Shown: positions 41,018 through 53,883, numbered from the stretch's first letter. The stretch: DNA of 64,000 bases from Octopus vulgaris (GCA_951406725.2 OX597828.1:6262001-6326000), one strand, 5' to 3'. Made by a program: numbers and translations. The notes: generated by a model not told the origin, from the letters alone.

Positions 41018-44000
41018 TTATACATACATGCATGTGTGTGCTTGTATATATATGCATTTATATAACACTATGAATGAATGTGCTTCAAGTGTGTGTATAT
41101 GAGTGTGTTTGTAAATTGGCAATTAGCTACTTTATAATGGTTTTAAGCATAAAATAGAAAAACAATATATTCAAGAGTATTCCTTCGATGTTGGCAATTC
41201 CATACATGAATCTATTCACTATCAGATATTCACAGTAAATTATACTTAACTTATTTTCCTCTTGATTTCCCTGCGAATATTTAAAATCTAAGGAACGTTT
41301 CAGTATATCTGGTCGTCCTTCAGTCTGTAACCATTGCTGTAATCTATACAATAGTTTTGCGATAACTGAGTTATAATTCTGAATGATAAAGTTAAGTAAA
41401 ATTAGGTTAGTTGAAAATAGTATGTCTTGAGTTCATAAGAGTTATCGACAGAAGTATAACATTTGGTACAGAGGTGAATTGCTTCTGCATCAAATGAGAT
41501 ATTCACATTTGTACCAAATGATATAAGTCTCTTAGCAGTTGTAGACATTACTATATGCCATCACACATGTTAATGAATTTGAAACGACATGAGGTCACGC
41601 GGTAAACCCATATGTTGTAAATTGCATATTTCCATATTATATAAACATCAATCTAGTGTATAATTACTTCAGTATTCATTCTCCTTTGCCAGAAGACACT
41701 GTAATGTAATTGATTTTATGGTGGTGTTGATATTAAGTATTTGATCGATATACCACCCACTGAAGAGGGCGTTGTTAAAAAGTGGCATGCAAAGATTTTA
41801 TCGTTAGCAATGAAATTGCTGAAAACACAGATATTTAATTAAATATCTAACTGATTTCAGTGTTCAACTTTACACGATATGTTGTTTTTGTCACTAAGAA
41901 TGTTGAGTTCGTGAGACATATATTTAATTAGCAGAAAGAGACGAGGTAAGACATTACACAGACGACTTCAGGATTCAAAGCTTTCACTGTAAAGTCCTAC
42001 ACGCTAAAATAGAAAAGAGTAGCTTTACCTATCAAGTGACAATCATTTACGTCTTAAATTTCATATTAACCCTTATTTTCAATAGAGAGTTTTTTCAAAG
42101 AATACACAATTTTGAGGGGATGCTTGTGCGGGGTCGTTAAACATGTAAAAATTAAATGAGATAGATAGAAACTAGAATCCACGCGATTTAAGAAACGTCG
42201 ATCAGGGTTAGATGCAAATTCCTCACTCCCCAACATGCTTCACTGTATTTTTCTTTGTATAGTCTCAGGTTTGTTGTTTTAACTTAACATAATACCGCAG
42301 GAAATTAAATGCAGTAACGTAAACTGGATGTAATGTTAAAGTGCAATAAAGTTGTACAGACATTTAGTATTACATTAGCTGTTATATTTCGAAATTTACT
42401 AACTTAAAAGAATCAAAGCTAAATGTTACTTTGAAAGTACCAGTGTATGGTTCCTGAACAGTTGTTGACAGTTCGAAGTAAATGAATGTTCTTTGTAAAA
42501 TAGACTTCTCGAATTCCATTTAGAAACATCGGAAAGTACGTTTGCCTTGTTATTGATGGAAAACTAATCTCTATCACTTACCTAATAGAGACTGTGACCA
42601 AATTACACTACAGGAGTTAATTAAATGTATTGAGAAGCTAAAATGATTTCCCGCTGCTCTAACATCTTCGTTACAGTCTCTGACCTGGTAGCAATAAATC
42701 TTAGTAAAAGATTAATTTGGAATTAGTTAAGAGCATTTGCTAACGCTAATGAGTATGTAATGCATTAATTAATGAAAAGTGGAGATACATAATATCTAAG
42801 TATCTCATTTCAGTCAAGACATGGAAGCTTAATCCTGTATTCTAAAAATAAATTCCGTTGCAGAAAGATTGTTTACATTTTACTGAAGCTTTGTACAGAA
42901 ATTTTTGTCAAACATCCGTCTCATAGGATAAACAGATAATTCATTACTCTTTTCTTTCAAATAGAATTAGAAAGCGGTTCTAGTTGAGTCAAGATCGAAA
43001 TCAATTTTAATAACTGATAACTTAATCTGCTGATGCTTTTAGAAATTGCTGGTAAATCTCGAGTATCTTTCGCAACATGTTATCATAGAACCAATTACAT
43101 ATTGTCTGATTGCTGATTACAGAAAAAAAGCAATCACTTAATTGGTAAAGTATTGATTAATACATTAGTAGCAGGTGTTTAATTACTGATTCACACTTAC
43201 AACACCTAATTAGAACCAGTTCCCAGCACTAACACAGGGAAATCCCATAACTATCCACAATACCTTCCAAATTTTAGTCCTTGAAAAAAATCCTAATTAA
43301 GCAATGAAATAATATTGATGTCCAATTTAGAGGATACGGATAGTTCTTATCGCTGACGTTTACCCCAGGTGAAACCTGATGAGGTTGATCTGCGGTCATG
43401 ATAACCTAGTCGTGACCATCCCGTTTGATGTAGAATTTTCACTTTATTTACTGAGTTATTTTTAAAACTGTAGCAGGTTGTGATATGAATGAACGTTGCT
43501 GCTATTTTTAGTAGATCGACCAATGGCAGAGAGATTTTTGTAGCTAAAAGAATTCACTTACTATTATAGTTTGCAAGAGCAAATGGATTTAGACAATAGT
43601 AGAATATGAATAAACTCAGGCCCTATAAACTTGAGCCTGTAGAATTTTTGGCTTCACTATAACACTTTACGGCATAATAATAATTGGAGAAAACATATTA
43701 ACAACATACCATGCATTTTATTAAATTCTACGAACAGTTACAGGCCTTGAAATCAGTTAGTTCCATTAAATAAATCTGTCATTTAGTATTTCATGCTTAA
43801 CACAAAATGAATTTTTCTTTTGGAATTTATGATGTTGAAATCCAAAGTATATTTATTGACCGGTTGCTCGGATTCAAGCGCGCTTTATTTTACAGTTAAC
43901 AACCTTGATTTATGTGGGAGGACAAACACGTAACATGTCTCATAGAGTTGTTAGGACTTTCATAAGAGGTGCGACAAGCATTAACAAGCAATATTTAAGA

Positions 44001-44376
44001 GATACAGTTTACGATCCGAATAAATTTAAAAATATGACATTTCAAATATTGCGTTAGCTGTAATTTCATATACAGCATTGTTTGATGAACATCTACCTGG
44101 AAGAGTATTTGTGTATATGGAATTTTTCGAAAGTAAATCTAATTTTAAAATATGTATATCGTATTTTAACAAGCAAAAGCTATTTTTATCAAGTTCTAAT
44201 TCATAATAAAATTAATTTCTAATGATCTATTCGTAAAGGATAACAAAAAGCAACTTACATGACAAATATTTTGAGTCTTGATCTGCAGTCTGAAAAAACA
44301 TAGTTATATTCAAACGTTTTGTATACATACATACCTACATATAATCACACACTCATTATGTATATATATATACATA

Positions 44377-44582
44377 CTTTATTTAAAGCAGCAGAAAATT
44401 CAACAAAACCTGTTACTCTGAGTTTCCCGTTGCCGTTCATCGGACAGTTTTTGCAACGGGAAACTCAGAGTAACAGGTTTTGTTGAATTTTCTGCTGCTT
44501 TAAATAAAGCATATTACTCTACCACTGGTATTTGAGTACTCTTTTTTCCCACTTTGTTTCACATTTATGTGTTTACTCCGGT
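44377..44582. mobile_element. Fold-back non-autonomous element (perfect 57-bp arms) with hammerhead-like motif
   Basis: Arms 44377-44433 / 44453-44509; TA runs on both sides. Confidence 0.8.
44405..44451 (-). ncRNA. Type I hammerhead-like motif, CCGAUGA core
   Basis: aaaacugu CCGAUGA acg-gcaa-cgg GAA ACUC-a-GAGU A acagguuuu. Confidence 0.6.
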
Positions 44583-44699
44583 ATATATATAAATATATAT
44601 ATGAAATGAGGTACTCAAAAATTCGGATGGTTTTATATTTACAGATATTTGTTTGTATATTACATGTTTTTATACATCATATATCATATATCATATATC

Positions 44700-46325
44700 A
44701 TATATTAGCGTTTTCGTCCATTCTGGTGGAGTTTTCAAGTTGAATTAAGTTCTTGGGGAAAATTTGACCATTTATTGTTATTGAGTGTGTAGTGATGGGG
44801 AAGGATATAAGATAGTACAAGAGGTTGATGAATGGGGAGAAAATGAGAGATAGCATGTATGTGTGTGTGTGTGCGTGCGCGTGTGTGTTTTTGTATCTGA
44901 AAGGTGTTAAAGAAAAAGAAGGAAAGGAAGAAAAGGGAGAGAAAGAAGAAAAAATTGTTTTGTTGGTCTTTTTGTGGTTGGTCAGGATGTTTACTCCAAG
45001 GGGGCATGAGAGAGAGTGTGTGTGTATGTGTGTGTGAGTGTGAGTGTGTATTTGTATCTGAAGGGGTATTAAGGAGAAAGAAGGAAAGGAGGTAGAGGGT
45101 GAGAAATTTTGTTGATTTCCTTGCATTTGGTAGGTTTGTCAATAATAATTCTTCTTGGCTTACAGTGATTGTAAATCCAGCTGTTTTCTCGAAAGGAGGC
45201 AAAGTGTCACTTTTGAATCAATTGTTTTTATTTCCTTTTTATCATTGTCTTGTGAGGGTTTGTGTGTGTTTATGTGCGTGTGTGTGGGTGCCTGTGAATC
45301 TGGAAAGGGAGTCGTTGGAGAAGAGAATAAAGAAGAAAAAGAGGAAGAAGAAATAATTGTGTTGATATTTATACCACTATTCAGTTCTTTCCATCCAATC
45401 TTTGATTCCTGTGCTTACATGGGATAGAGAATCTGGATTAGAGGTTGTTTTTATTTATGTATATGTACATATGTGTAGAACTGTGTGTGTGTGTTTAATA
45501 CAATTCACTTTACAAATTTGGTCCTTCATCTTGTACAACTAATTAGGGAAATATTTTCAGTTATTCAATTTGCGGGAGAACTTAGTTATGAAGTATTTTT
45601 CCATATTCCTCTTGAAGGAGGTGTCATTCTTTGGAAATTTGTAGAACGGAAAGATCTTAAATTTTCCTTCTCCACATGTATCTAGGTGTTTACTCAGTGG
45701 TATCTTGCGCAGTTCCTCCTGTCGGACATGTTGTCGGTGAATTCTGGCTCGTTGGCATAAAGAATTTCCAGTTTCACCTTTATAAACCTCCTTGCATGTG
45801 GGGCAGGTTATGCAGTATATTACGTTCTGCGTCTTCCAGTTCATATCTGCATTTACTTTGAATGTGTGACCACTTTTAAATTTCATTTCTTTGTCTCCCT
45901 CTATGTATTTATAGGTGGGGTTGCTGCATATCCCACATCTACCATTTCCGAAATCTTTTACAAAGAATTCAGTTTTAGTTTCTGATGAGAATTTCGCTCT
46001 TGTTAGTTGTTTCTTCAGGTTTTTGTTTTGTCGTCTACTGTTTTTTATATAATATTTGATTAGTATGTGTTCCATTTTGGGGCTTTGTAGGACTATTGGT
46101 AGGTTTGAATGTATGATTTAAAACATGTTGTTAACTCTAGGGTTGTGTGTGTTTATGAAAGGGATAATGTTTTCTTTGTTTTTTGTTTTGGGGGTCCTGA
46201 GTTGTGTGATGTTCAGTTTCATTGCTCTAGAGATTCCATTTTTTATTAGTTTAGAGGGGTATTTTTGTTCTAGTAGGAGGTTTTTAAGTTCATCTAGTCT
46301 TATTAGGCGTGTTTGTGAAGATCGG
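44700..46325 (-). mobile_element. Penelope-like element, 5'-truncated, GIY-YIG endonuclease plus probable 3' UTR
   Basis: ORF 45557-46075 with C..C and NVIYCITCPTCKEVYKGETGNSL..R...H (GIY-YIG); upstream LLEQKYP..THNP thumb/linker in 46118-46393; UTR extent uncertain. Confidence 0.85.
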
Positions 46326-48578
46326 TGAGGATTTCGAGCTGATTTCAAGTGAGCACTAGGCCTATTGCATGTTTTGACTGACCCATAAATCAAACGTAAC
46401 CTTATTTCTGCATGTAACTTTACCGTAGATATATAGTGTTTGATTTGAATTTAGTGTTTCAATCTGATTTGTGATGAATTCGTTACGATTAATGACGATT
46501 TCAAGCTGAAATAACAGTGGGGAAAATATAACTTGGTATTAGGCATTCTTTCCCTTTTTTTTTTATTATTACCTTCTGAATTGGGACGCGTCTAATAAGC
46601 CGCTGCGATATACAATAAATGTGTGTGTGCGTGTGTGCGTGTGCGTGGAGAGAGAGAGAGAGATTGAGGGAGAGGGAGATAGACTGGCAGACAGAAAGAG
46701 AGGTAGATAGATAATATCTGCTCTGTGTGTTTGTCCGTATCTGCGTTTATGTCTCCACAATTATTTTGTAACGATTCGATAAAAGGAGTATCAGTAACAT
46801 AAATACTCCTTTGATCTTATGAATGCCCTGTGCAGCATATATGCACAAGGAGATATGAAAGTGTTGTGTCCAAGTTAATGCTTTTTGTTAAAACCCGCTT
46901 TCTGCATTGACATTATGATACAGTTTTAAACATGTCAGCTCACACACTGAAGAAATAAAAATCAGAACAGAATAGCATCAGCAAATGATTATAGCCAGAA
47001 CGAAACTAAGGGAATAGTTGAAGTTTCAGTTGGCTAAATGGTTGGTATTGAGATGAAAACGTGAAATTGTTGTTATGCTACAGTAAAGGATATGTAAGAG
47101 TCCTGAAGAGAACTGCGTTATTTATTTTATTTTCTTACTTAAAGAACGTGTTGGTTGGGGGAAAAAATTATAAAACGCTGGAGCAGTGAATACACTCAGT
47201 TCTGGCTCAAAAGCTAGAAGATTAATCAATGAGCTTTATTCTATCATAATATCTAACAAAGAGTTCTTAAGATCGATATAATATGAAACAATAAATTTTA
47301 AAACTCATAGTTAATTTTGCTTTATTGTTGTGTTGAAATCTCTGTTGAAATGTCAAGCATTTCAATACTTCAGATCTATCTCCCAAACCAACTTAAAAAC
47401 CATAATATATCTATTTGAAACGGATTCAAGAAAGAATTTTCAAGGATTTATGTGGCTGGCTGCTATTATCATCTCGGAGAATGATTCAAGACGAGGAATT
47501 GTCGAAGAAATAGAAGAATAAAAAATAAACATAGAGGAAGAAATTACATACTCTGAAAATAAATCACATGACTATATCCATATTACTTCTTATGAGCAGA
47601 AATAAATATAGAACAAATAGCCATGCGTTTTATGTGTTAGAATGTAAATGTAATTTGCTTTATACCTAAGTAAAGACAGTCAAACACCCATATACATACA
47701 TTCGCATAAACACAAACACACTGACAAGCACTCGTATACATATTAACACGCACACGTACGTAAGGACACAGACATACATACACACATAGTTTATATATGT
47801 TTCCAACTACGTGTCTGTATTTGTACGTGCTAATGAGTAAAAATCATGTCGAAGGTTCATTCAGAACAGCACGTTTATACTAATACCGACATTTTCCCAC
47901 TAATCCTGGATAATATTTGTGCAACTCACTTAAACGTGGAAAGTCTAAATGAAATGCCTAAAGCTGATCTGGTGATGGTGGGCGGAATCCCAAACTTGAT
48001 TTGGTAAATTAGATGTAGATTTTCACTGCAAAACATCCATTTCAAACAGTTTGAGTGAAATATCAATTCTACACAAAATGGCTGCACAAGATTAATATGT
48101 AAATGAAATATTATTTAGTCTACGCAACTAATCCTGTAATAAATGGATTATTTATATATTACTTTGCTTATATATTTATTCGTGATTTTTCTTCTTTTGA
48201 GCAGCGACAAAAATTATATCTGTTGACCTACACTGAAAGACAGAAAATTATAAGAAGAGAGAACAGAGGAACAAAGTGACTGCAGTAGTTTATAGTACTC
48301 TATTTTTAACTGATAGTTGTTATTCTATCGACTTCTCTTACTTATATAGAACTTTCTTAGATGGCCTCATTTATACGATGTTATGAATAAAATCGACACA
48401 CTATATCGTACATGACACTATATCGATGATGGAAGCTTATAAAATACAATAACAGTAGTTTCCATGTTCAGAATGTAGCCATAAATCCCAGCAGGGATAT
48501 GGTGATAATATCGAACTCAGTACGTTATTTACATTATTTACATTTGATGGATATTTATCCTTATCTTGTTTGTTGTTA

Positions 48579-48622
48579 GCACAACGTTTCGGGTGATATA
48601 CCCCCCAGCTTTCTTCAGGTGC
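48579..48622 (-). ncRNA. Minimal Penelope-type hammerhead, helix II decayed
   Basis: gcac CUGAAGA a agcug..caccc GAAACGUU gugc. Confidence 0.6.
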
Positions 48623-48827
48623 CCTGGAGAAATTTCGAACCTGGATTCTCATTCCTAAGATATTTTTTGATGTTGTTGTTGTCGTTGTTGTTGTTGTTGT
48701 AGCTGTTGTTGTTGCTGTTGTTGTTGTTGTTGTTGTTGCTGCTGCTCTTCTTCTTCTTCTTCTTCTTCTTCTTCTTCTTCTTCTTCTTCTTCTTCTTCTT
48801 CTTCTTCTTCTTCTTCTTCTTTTTCTT

Positions 48828-48877
<50 letters not shown>

Positions 48878-48879
48878 GA

Positions 48880-48955
48880 CTCAGGTCACTGCCTGGAATC
48901 GAACTCTGAATCCTGCGGTTAGTAGCCAACGCTCTTTACCCCTAAGACGTGGGCA
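48880..48955 (-). other. tRNA-like segment (pseudo-tRNA / SINE head)
   Basis: taggggtaaagagcg-ttggctactaaccg-caggattca-gagttcgattcc; anticodon arm resembles tRNA-Asn GGCTGTTAACC. Confidence 0.6.
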
Positions 48956-49960
48956 ATTATAGAGTGAATTTTAGGGCTTATAAATCCAGTATTTTCCCAT
49001 ATTATACTCATATCTGCACTAGGTGTGCTTAGGGGGTTATTATGTCCTAGCATATGAGCTACTTCTTTTAGTAAACATATTTTCCAGTTGTGTTATCTAT
49101 ATATTATTTTAACTTCATCCTACAGGGTGGTTTCCGTTTTTCCATACATGATCAGCTCTACCCAATTTATCAATATCTACTTGTGTCATAGCCTTGAGAT
49201 GTTCCTCAACCCTTATTTTGAAGGGGCAGCATGTTTCACCTTTGTATAACCTACCACAGCTTCATGGGATTGAGTACACTCAGTCTTTCGCCAATCATCT
49301 TCCATTGGTGGTTTTACTAGAAGGAGATTTTTGCGAAGTGTTGTATTACTCTTGAATACCGTCCTGATGTCATATGGGCCGCATATCTTTTATATCTTTT
49401 CAGAGAGGCCTTTCACATAGGGTAGATAGACTGTGGTCAGTTTATGTGTTTCATCCGCTCTTCTCTTCATAACCGGAGTGGATAGTATGTTTTTGGGGTA
49501 GTTATTGCTTAATAGATCGTTACTTAGCTTGATCATTTTTTTCGCGGTGTGTATCAGGATCGCTGCTTGTATTCTTTACTCGATATTTTAGACACTGAGC
49601 AATTCCTCTCTTTACACTGTATCGCTGGTGGGAATTGGAATTAAGGTATCGTCCAGTAAAGGTCAGCTTGCGATATACGGATGTCCTGGATACATACTTT
49701 GTGCGAGTTATTAATACGTCCAGGAATGCTAGCTGATTGTCTTCTTCCTTTTCCCTTGCGAACTGTATTGATGGCTTCCTTGAATTCACATGATCTAACA
49801 GTACTTGGACATCCTCCTGGTGGAGCCAGAGTATATAGGAGTCATCAACATTGGGTTGGTCTTAGAGGTGTTGATCCTAAAGCCAAATTCTCAAAGTATT
49901 CCATGTATATATTGGCTATTATCAGTGATAATAGCGAACCCATAGCTAAACCCTCTTCTG

Positions 49961-50008
<48 letters not shown>

Positions 50009-50274
50009 TGTCTAATCTGAAATAGGTAGTTTCCATACAGAAGGTCAACATTTCCATCAAGTTTCCTATTGGTATACTAGTGCGTTCTTTTAGATAGGTG
50101 TCTGTCACCAGTTTTACTTGAATCACCAATAGTTCTTCATCAATTCGGAGTTTGGAGAACAGATTTATCACATCTAGACTCACCATCTAGTTGGGGGGTA
50201 TCCTTGATTAATTCTGTGAAGTGGATGGAATTCTTTACGTACGAAGTTAACATTCTTGCTATATAATCAATCCA

Positions 50275-50772
50275 TTAGCAGGAAAGTCAGCATTATACAT
50301 GAAGAATTCCATCCACTTCACAGACTTGATGAAAGATAAGCTACCCACAAAACATACTATCCCCTCCAATTATGAAGAGAAGAGAGGATGAAACCCATAA
50401 ACTGACCGCAGTCTGTCTACTGTATGTGAAAGTCCTCTCGGAAGATATGCAAAAGATATGCGGCCCATATGACATCAGGACAGTATTGAAGTGTAATACA
50501 ACGCTTTGCAAATATCTCTTCCGTGTAAAACCACCAATAGAAGAGAATATGACCAAAGACTGCGTGTACTCCATCCCATGCAGCTGTGGTAGGTTATAAA
50601 AAGGCGAAACATGCCGCCCCTCAATATAAGGGTCGAGGAACATCTCAAAGCTGTAACACAGGAAAATATTGATAAATCGAGTATTGCTGATCATGTATGG
50701 AGAAGCGGGTACCACCTCCCCCTGTGGAATGAAGTTAAAATAATAGGCAGAGAACACTACTGGAAAATACGA
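50275..50772 (+). mobile_element. Inverted, internally deleted copy of the same Penelope element
   Basis: 50275-50338 mirrors 50197-50260; 50341-50770 mirrors 49080-49503 (DCVYSIPCSCGRL..GET). Confidence 0.9.
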
Positions 50773-50779
50773 TAGAGAG

Positions 50780-50944
50780 TGTAAGTCGATTATATCGGCC
50801 CCAACTAGTACTTATTTCATCGACACCGAAACGATGAAAGGCAAAGTCGACCTCTTCGGAATTTGAACTCAGAACATAATGGCGGATGAAATGTCGCGAG
50901 GCATTTTCCCCGGCGAGCTAACGACTCTCCCAGCTTGAAGCCTT
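50780..50944 (-). mobile_element. SINE family B
   Basis: gtacttatttcatcgac..gtcgacc..ggaatttgaactcagaac..gctaacgactc. Confidence 0.8.
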
Positions 50945-51325
50945 ACACGCAAAACCAGATATTGGCAGCAAGGCTAGTCGTCTAAGTCGACTACGGTAGT
51001 TGATTGTTTATGAATAAATTGTGATATTTGTTAATGCTGATCATGACACACAGTGCTTACCCTGCAGGATACGAAAGGAACTACTAGTTATAGTCAGAAT
51101 GTCTTTAAATCATGGATTTTTAAAAATTATAACTGACTAAAGGTAAATAACTACCTTAAGGAATGAATAGAGTGGTGATTCCTGTAATATTTGTAATCAT
51201 TATGGAAACGGCTGTTAGTTCATTCCGCAAATTATGAATTTACCGTTCCAACGAGTCTGACGTTCCAACAATCAACACCGCGTCCTCAGAGATACAAATG
51301 ATATCAATGATAATTATCTTTAATA

Positions 51326-51755
51326 GGCGTAGGAGTGGCTGTGTGGTAAGTAGCTTGCTTACGAACCACATGGTTCCGGGGTCAGTCCCACTGCGTGGGC
51401 AAGTGTCTTCTACTATAGCCTCGGGTTAACCAAAGCCTTGTGAGTGGATTTGGTAGACGGAAACTGAAAGATGTCCGTCGTATATATGTATATATATGTA
51501 TATCTATATGTGTGAGTGCGTGTGCGTGTGTGTGTATGTATGTTTGGGTGTATGTGTTTGTCCCCCAACGTCGCTTGACAACCGATGCTGGTGTGTTTAC
51601 GTCCTCATAACTTAGAAGTTCGGCAAAAGAGACAGATAGAATAAGTACTAGAAAAGCAAAGAATAAGTTCTGGGGTCTATTTGCTCGACTAAAGGCGGTG
51701 CTCCAGCATGGCCACAGTCAAATGAGTGAAACAAGTAAAAGAGAGTAAAGAGTAA
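51326..51755 (+). mobile_element. Full-length tRNA-derived SINE family A
   Basis: ggcgtaggagtggctgtgtggtaag head; gggcaagtgtcttc; central microsatellite; aagagt tail; homologous to 17797-18207. Confidence 0.92.
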
Positions 51756-53434
51756 TACAGGAACAAGTTCATAAATTTGGCGAATGGGAAAACTTGATTA
51801 TACCGACTCGAAAGACAGGAAGGAGCAGATGAATGGAAAGCATTTGAACTCTGTACGAAGATTGAAAAATATATTACAAAGTATGAAGCTTGAACACTGC
51901 TTGGTGTTATTCATGCATACAATAAGCAACTTAGAATAAGCTTGCAAAGTGAAACCGTCTAAAATATACTTACTTAAGAAAACAGAAGAAAGGAACAGAG
52001 ATGTTATACAATGTATTAGGAAATATTAATTATAATAACTTACAAAACACATTACAGAAGAATAATTAAATGATCAAATATAATTTAGAATCATATAACT
52101 GAAATGAAAACTTTGAAACTGAGAAAACTATACCATACACATGATTATTGTTGCTTAGATTAGATCAGGCGAGTCCATAACTTCGATCATCTACTAATCT
52201 TTGCATTGTCCATACTGTCCCTTCACAACCTCATATCGATGCCGATATCTTTGGTGCTCATTCCTTTCCTGTAGTGTAACACAAATTTGACTACGAACGA
52301 ATCATTGGACTCTATTATTAGCATTCTGTAACATGAACTGTGTATTCCACAGTAACAGTTGTAATTTTAGCTCATGTGAAGGGTTGTAATACACAAGCTC
52401 AACCTGTATTTTCCTCCTCACTTCCAATTTGAATACAATACTCATGGCTCCATAAGTCATGCCACTACCAAAGAAGGAATTTTGATCATGCGCTGGCTAG
52501 ATCTGTCTACAATTGAGCATTTCACGGACAAAGAGGCATTGGTTGCTTTCAGCATACATATATATATATGTTATTTCTTAGTCTCTTTCTATTCAATAAG
52601 GGGCTGAATTAGAAAACGCCATATTTTCTCGCATGGCTGTGAGACGAGTTATTTAGTATTTTTTCCCACAAGATAATTCATATCTGGAATAAGGGTTACC
52701 TTGTTGAAACGAAGTGTAAAATTGTCGTGTTACCATTAAACGTATTGAAATGTTTCTTCAGAGCTATTTATGTTTTTACCAAGAAAGCATTCAAAATATT
52801 TCAATGAACACACAACCATCGTAAGATCGTCAAGACAGTGTGCGAAAAGAGATTTTTAAATTTATACTTATTTAATTTTTTGGCTTATTCTAATTGTTAT
52901 TTCTATGTTTTTAAAGGAACAGAATATCCGTTCAGCAATGCATCTCATCGTACGTGTTGCGGTGATGAAGGAAGACACAGACTAGACAAATGTACAAAAT
53001 GGTGGGACAATATACAATATAAGCGAAGGTAAAGAAGAAAGATCCGGGTACAAAATCAAGAAGGATGCGCTGCGTCATTTACGAAGTTTCATCGGATGGC
53101 AGCAATTAACAGATGACTGTATGTTGTTCGCGGTTGATAGCATAATCAATCTTCTGTGTAACGTAACGGAAAAATGTAAATGATAGGATACAGTTTGAAA
53201 GGACAAGAGGCGAATATACTTTCACATTTCAGCATTTTATATCGCAGCAATCAGAAGTGAATATAAGTGCTTAATAAACATAATACCAACTTCATCCTTA
53301 GCCTAACTACACAACAGGTAACATGGATGTCTACATAGATTGACTGAAATGAGAACTGTACACAGAAGTTTACAAATGTTTATTGGATTAGAAGAGGGTA
53401 AGAGATGATATTCTAATAGTACTTTTAAATTGAA

Positions 53435-53650
53435 GACTGGGAGCTGGCAAAATCGTTAGCACGTCGGGCGAAATGTTTAGCGATATTTCGGCCGTCTTTA
53501 CTTTCTGAGTTTAATTTTCGCCTAGGTTAAATTTGCCTTTACTTATTTCGGGGTCGATAAAATAAGATCCAGTTGAATATTGAGGTCGATGTAATCGACT
53601 TAACCCCATCCCTGAAATCGCTGGCCTTGTGCTAAAACTAGAAATCAATA
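53435..53650 (+). mobile_element. SINE family B
   Basis: Homologous to 53671-53883. Confidence 0.88.
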
Positions 53651-53670
53651 TTCCTTTACATTTAAATTAA

Positions 53671-53883
53671 GGCAGCGAGATGGCAGAATCATTAGCACGC
53701 CGGGCAAAATGTTTAGCGGCACTTCGTCCACCTTCACATTTGAGTTCAAATTCCGCCAAGACCGACTTTAATTTTCATCCCTTCGGGGTCGATAAAATAA
53801 GTTTCAGTTGAATACTGGGATCGATGTAAACGACCTACTCCTCTCCTAAAATTGCTGGGCCTGTGCCAAATTTGAAACCAATA
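53671..53883 (+). mobile_element. SINE family B (central domain resembling the Meta/MESC core)
   Basis: tRNA-like head with gagttcaaattcc; tttcatcccttcggggtcgataaaataag core. Confidence 0.88.

Larger units (their letters stand above)
48520..50262 (-). mobile_element. Penelope-like element: RT, GIY-YIG and 3' region with tRNA-like segment and hammerhead
   Basis: SYVKNSIHF, MVSLDVINLF, GLAMGSLLS..ANIYME, IQF..E..LAFLDVLI, VYRKLTFTGRYL; GIY-YIG remnant 49100-49470; frameshifted. Confidence 0.9.

Noticed and set aside
42316-42385. AT-rich hairpin with a miR-12-like word (uaguauuacauuag)
   Set aside because: Seed differs, wrong arm, many G-U pairs; likely chance
43365-43390. CTGATGA next to GAAA
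   Set aside because: Order and pairing do not form a hammerhead; lies in an old interspersed repeat
48880-48955. Functional tRNA gene
   Set aside because: No acceptor stem and a decayed D arm; treated as a tRNA-derived segment
52165-52500. Minus-strand frame of ~110 codons with a single TGA
   Set aside because: No recognisable domain, splice signals or SECIS; compatible with chance
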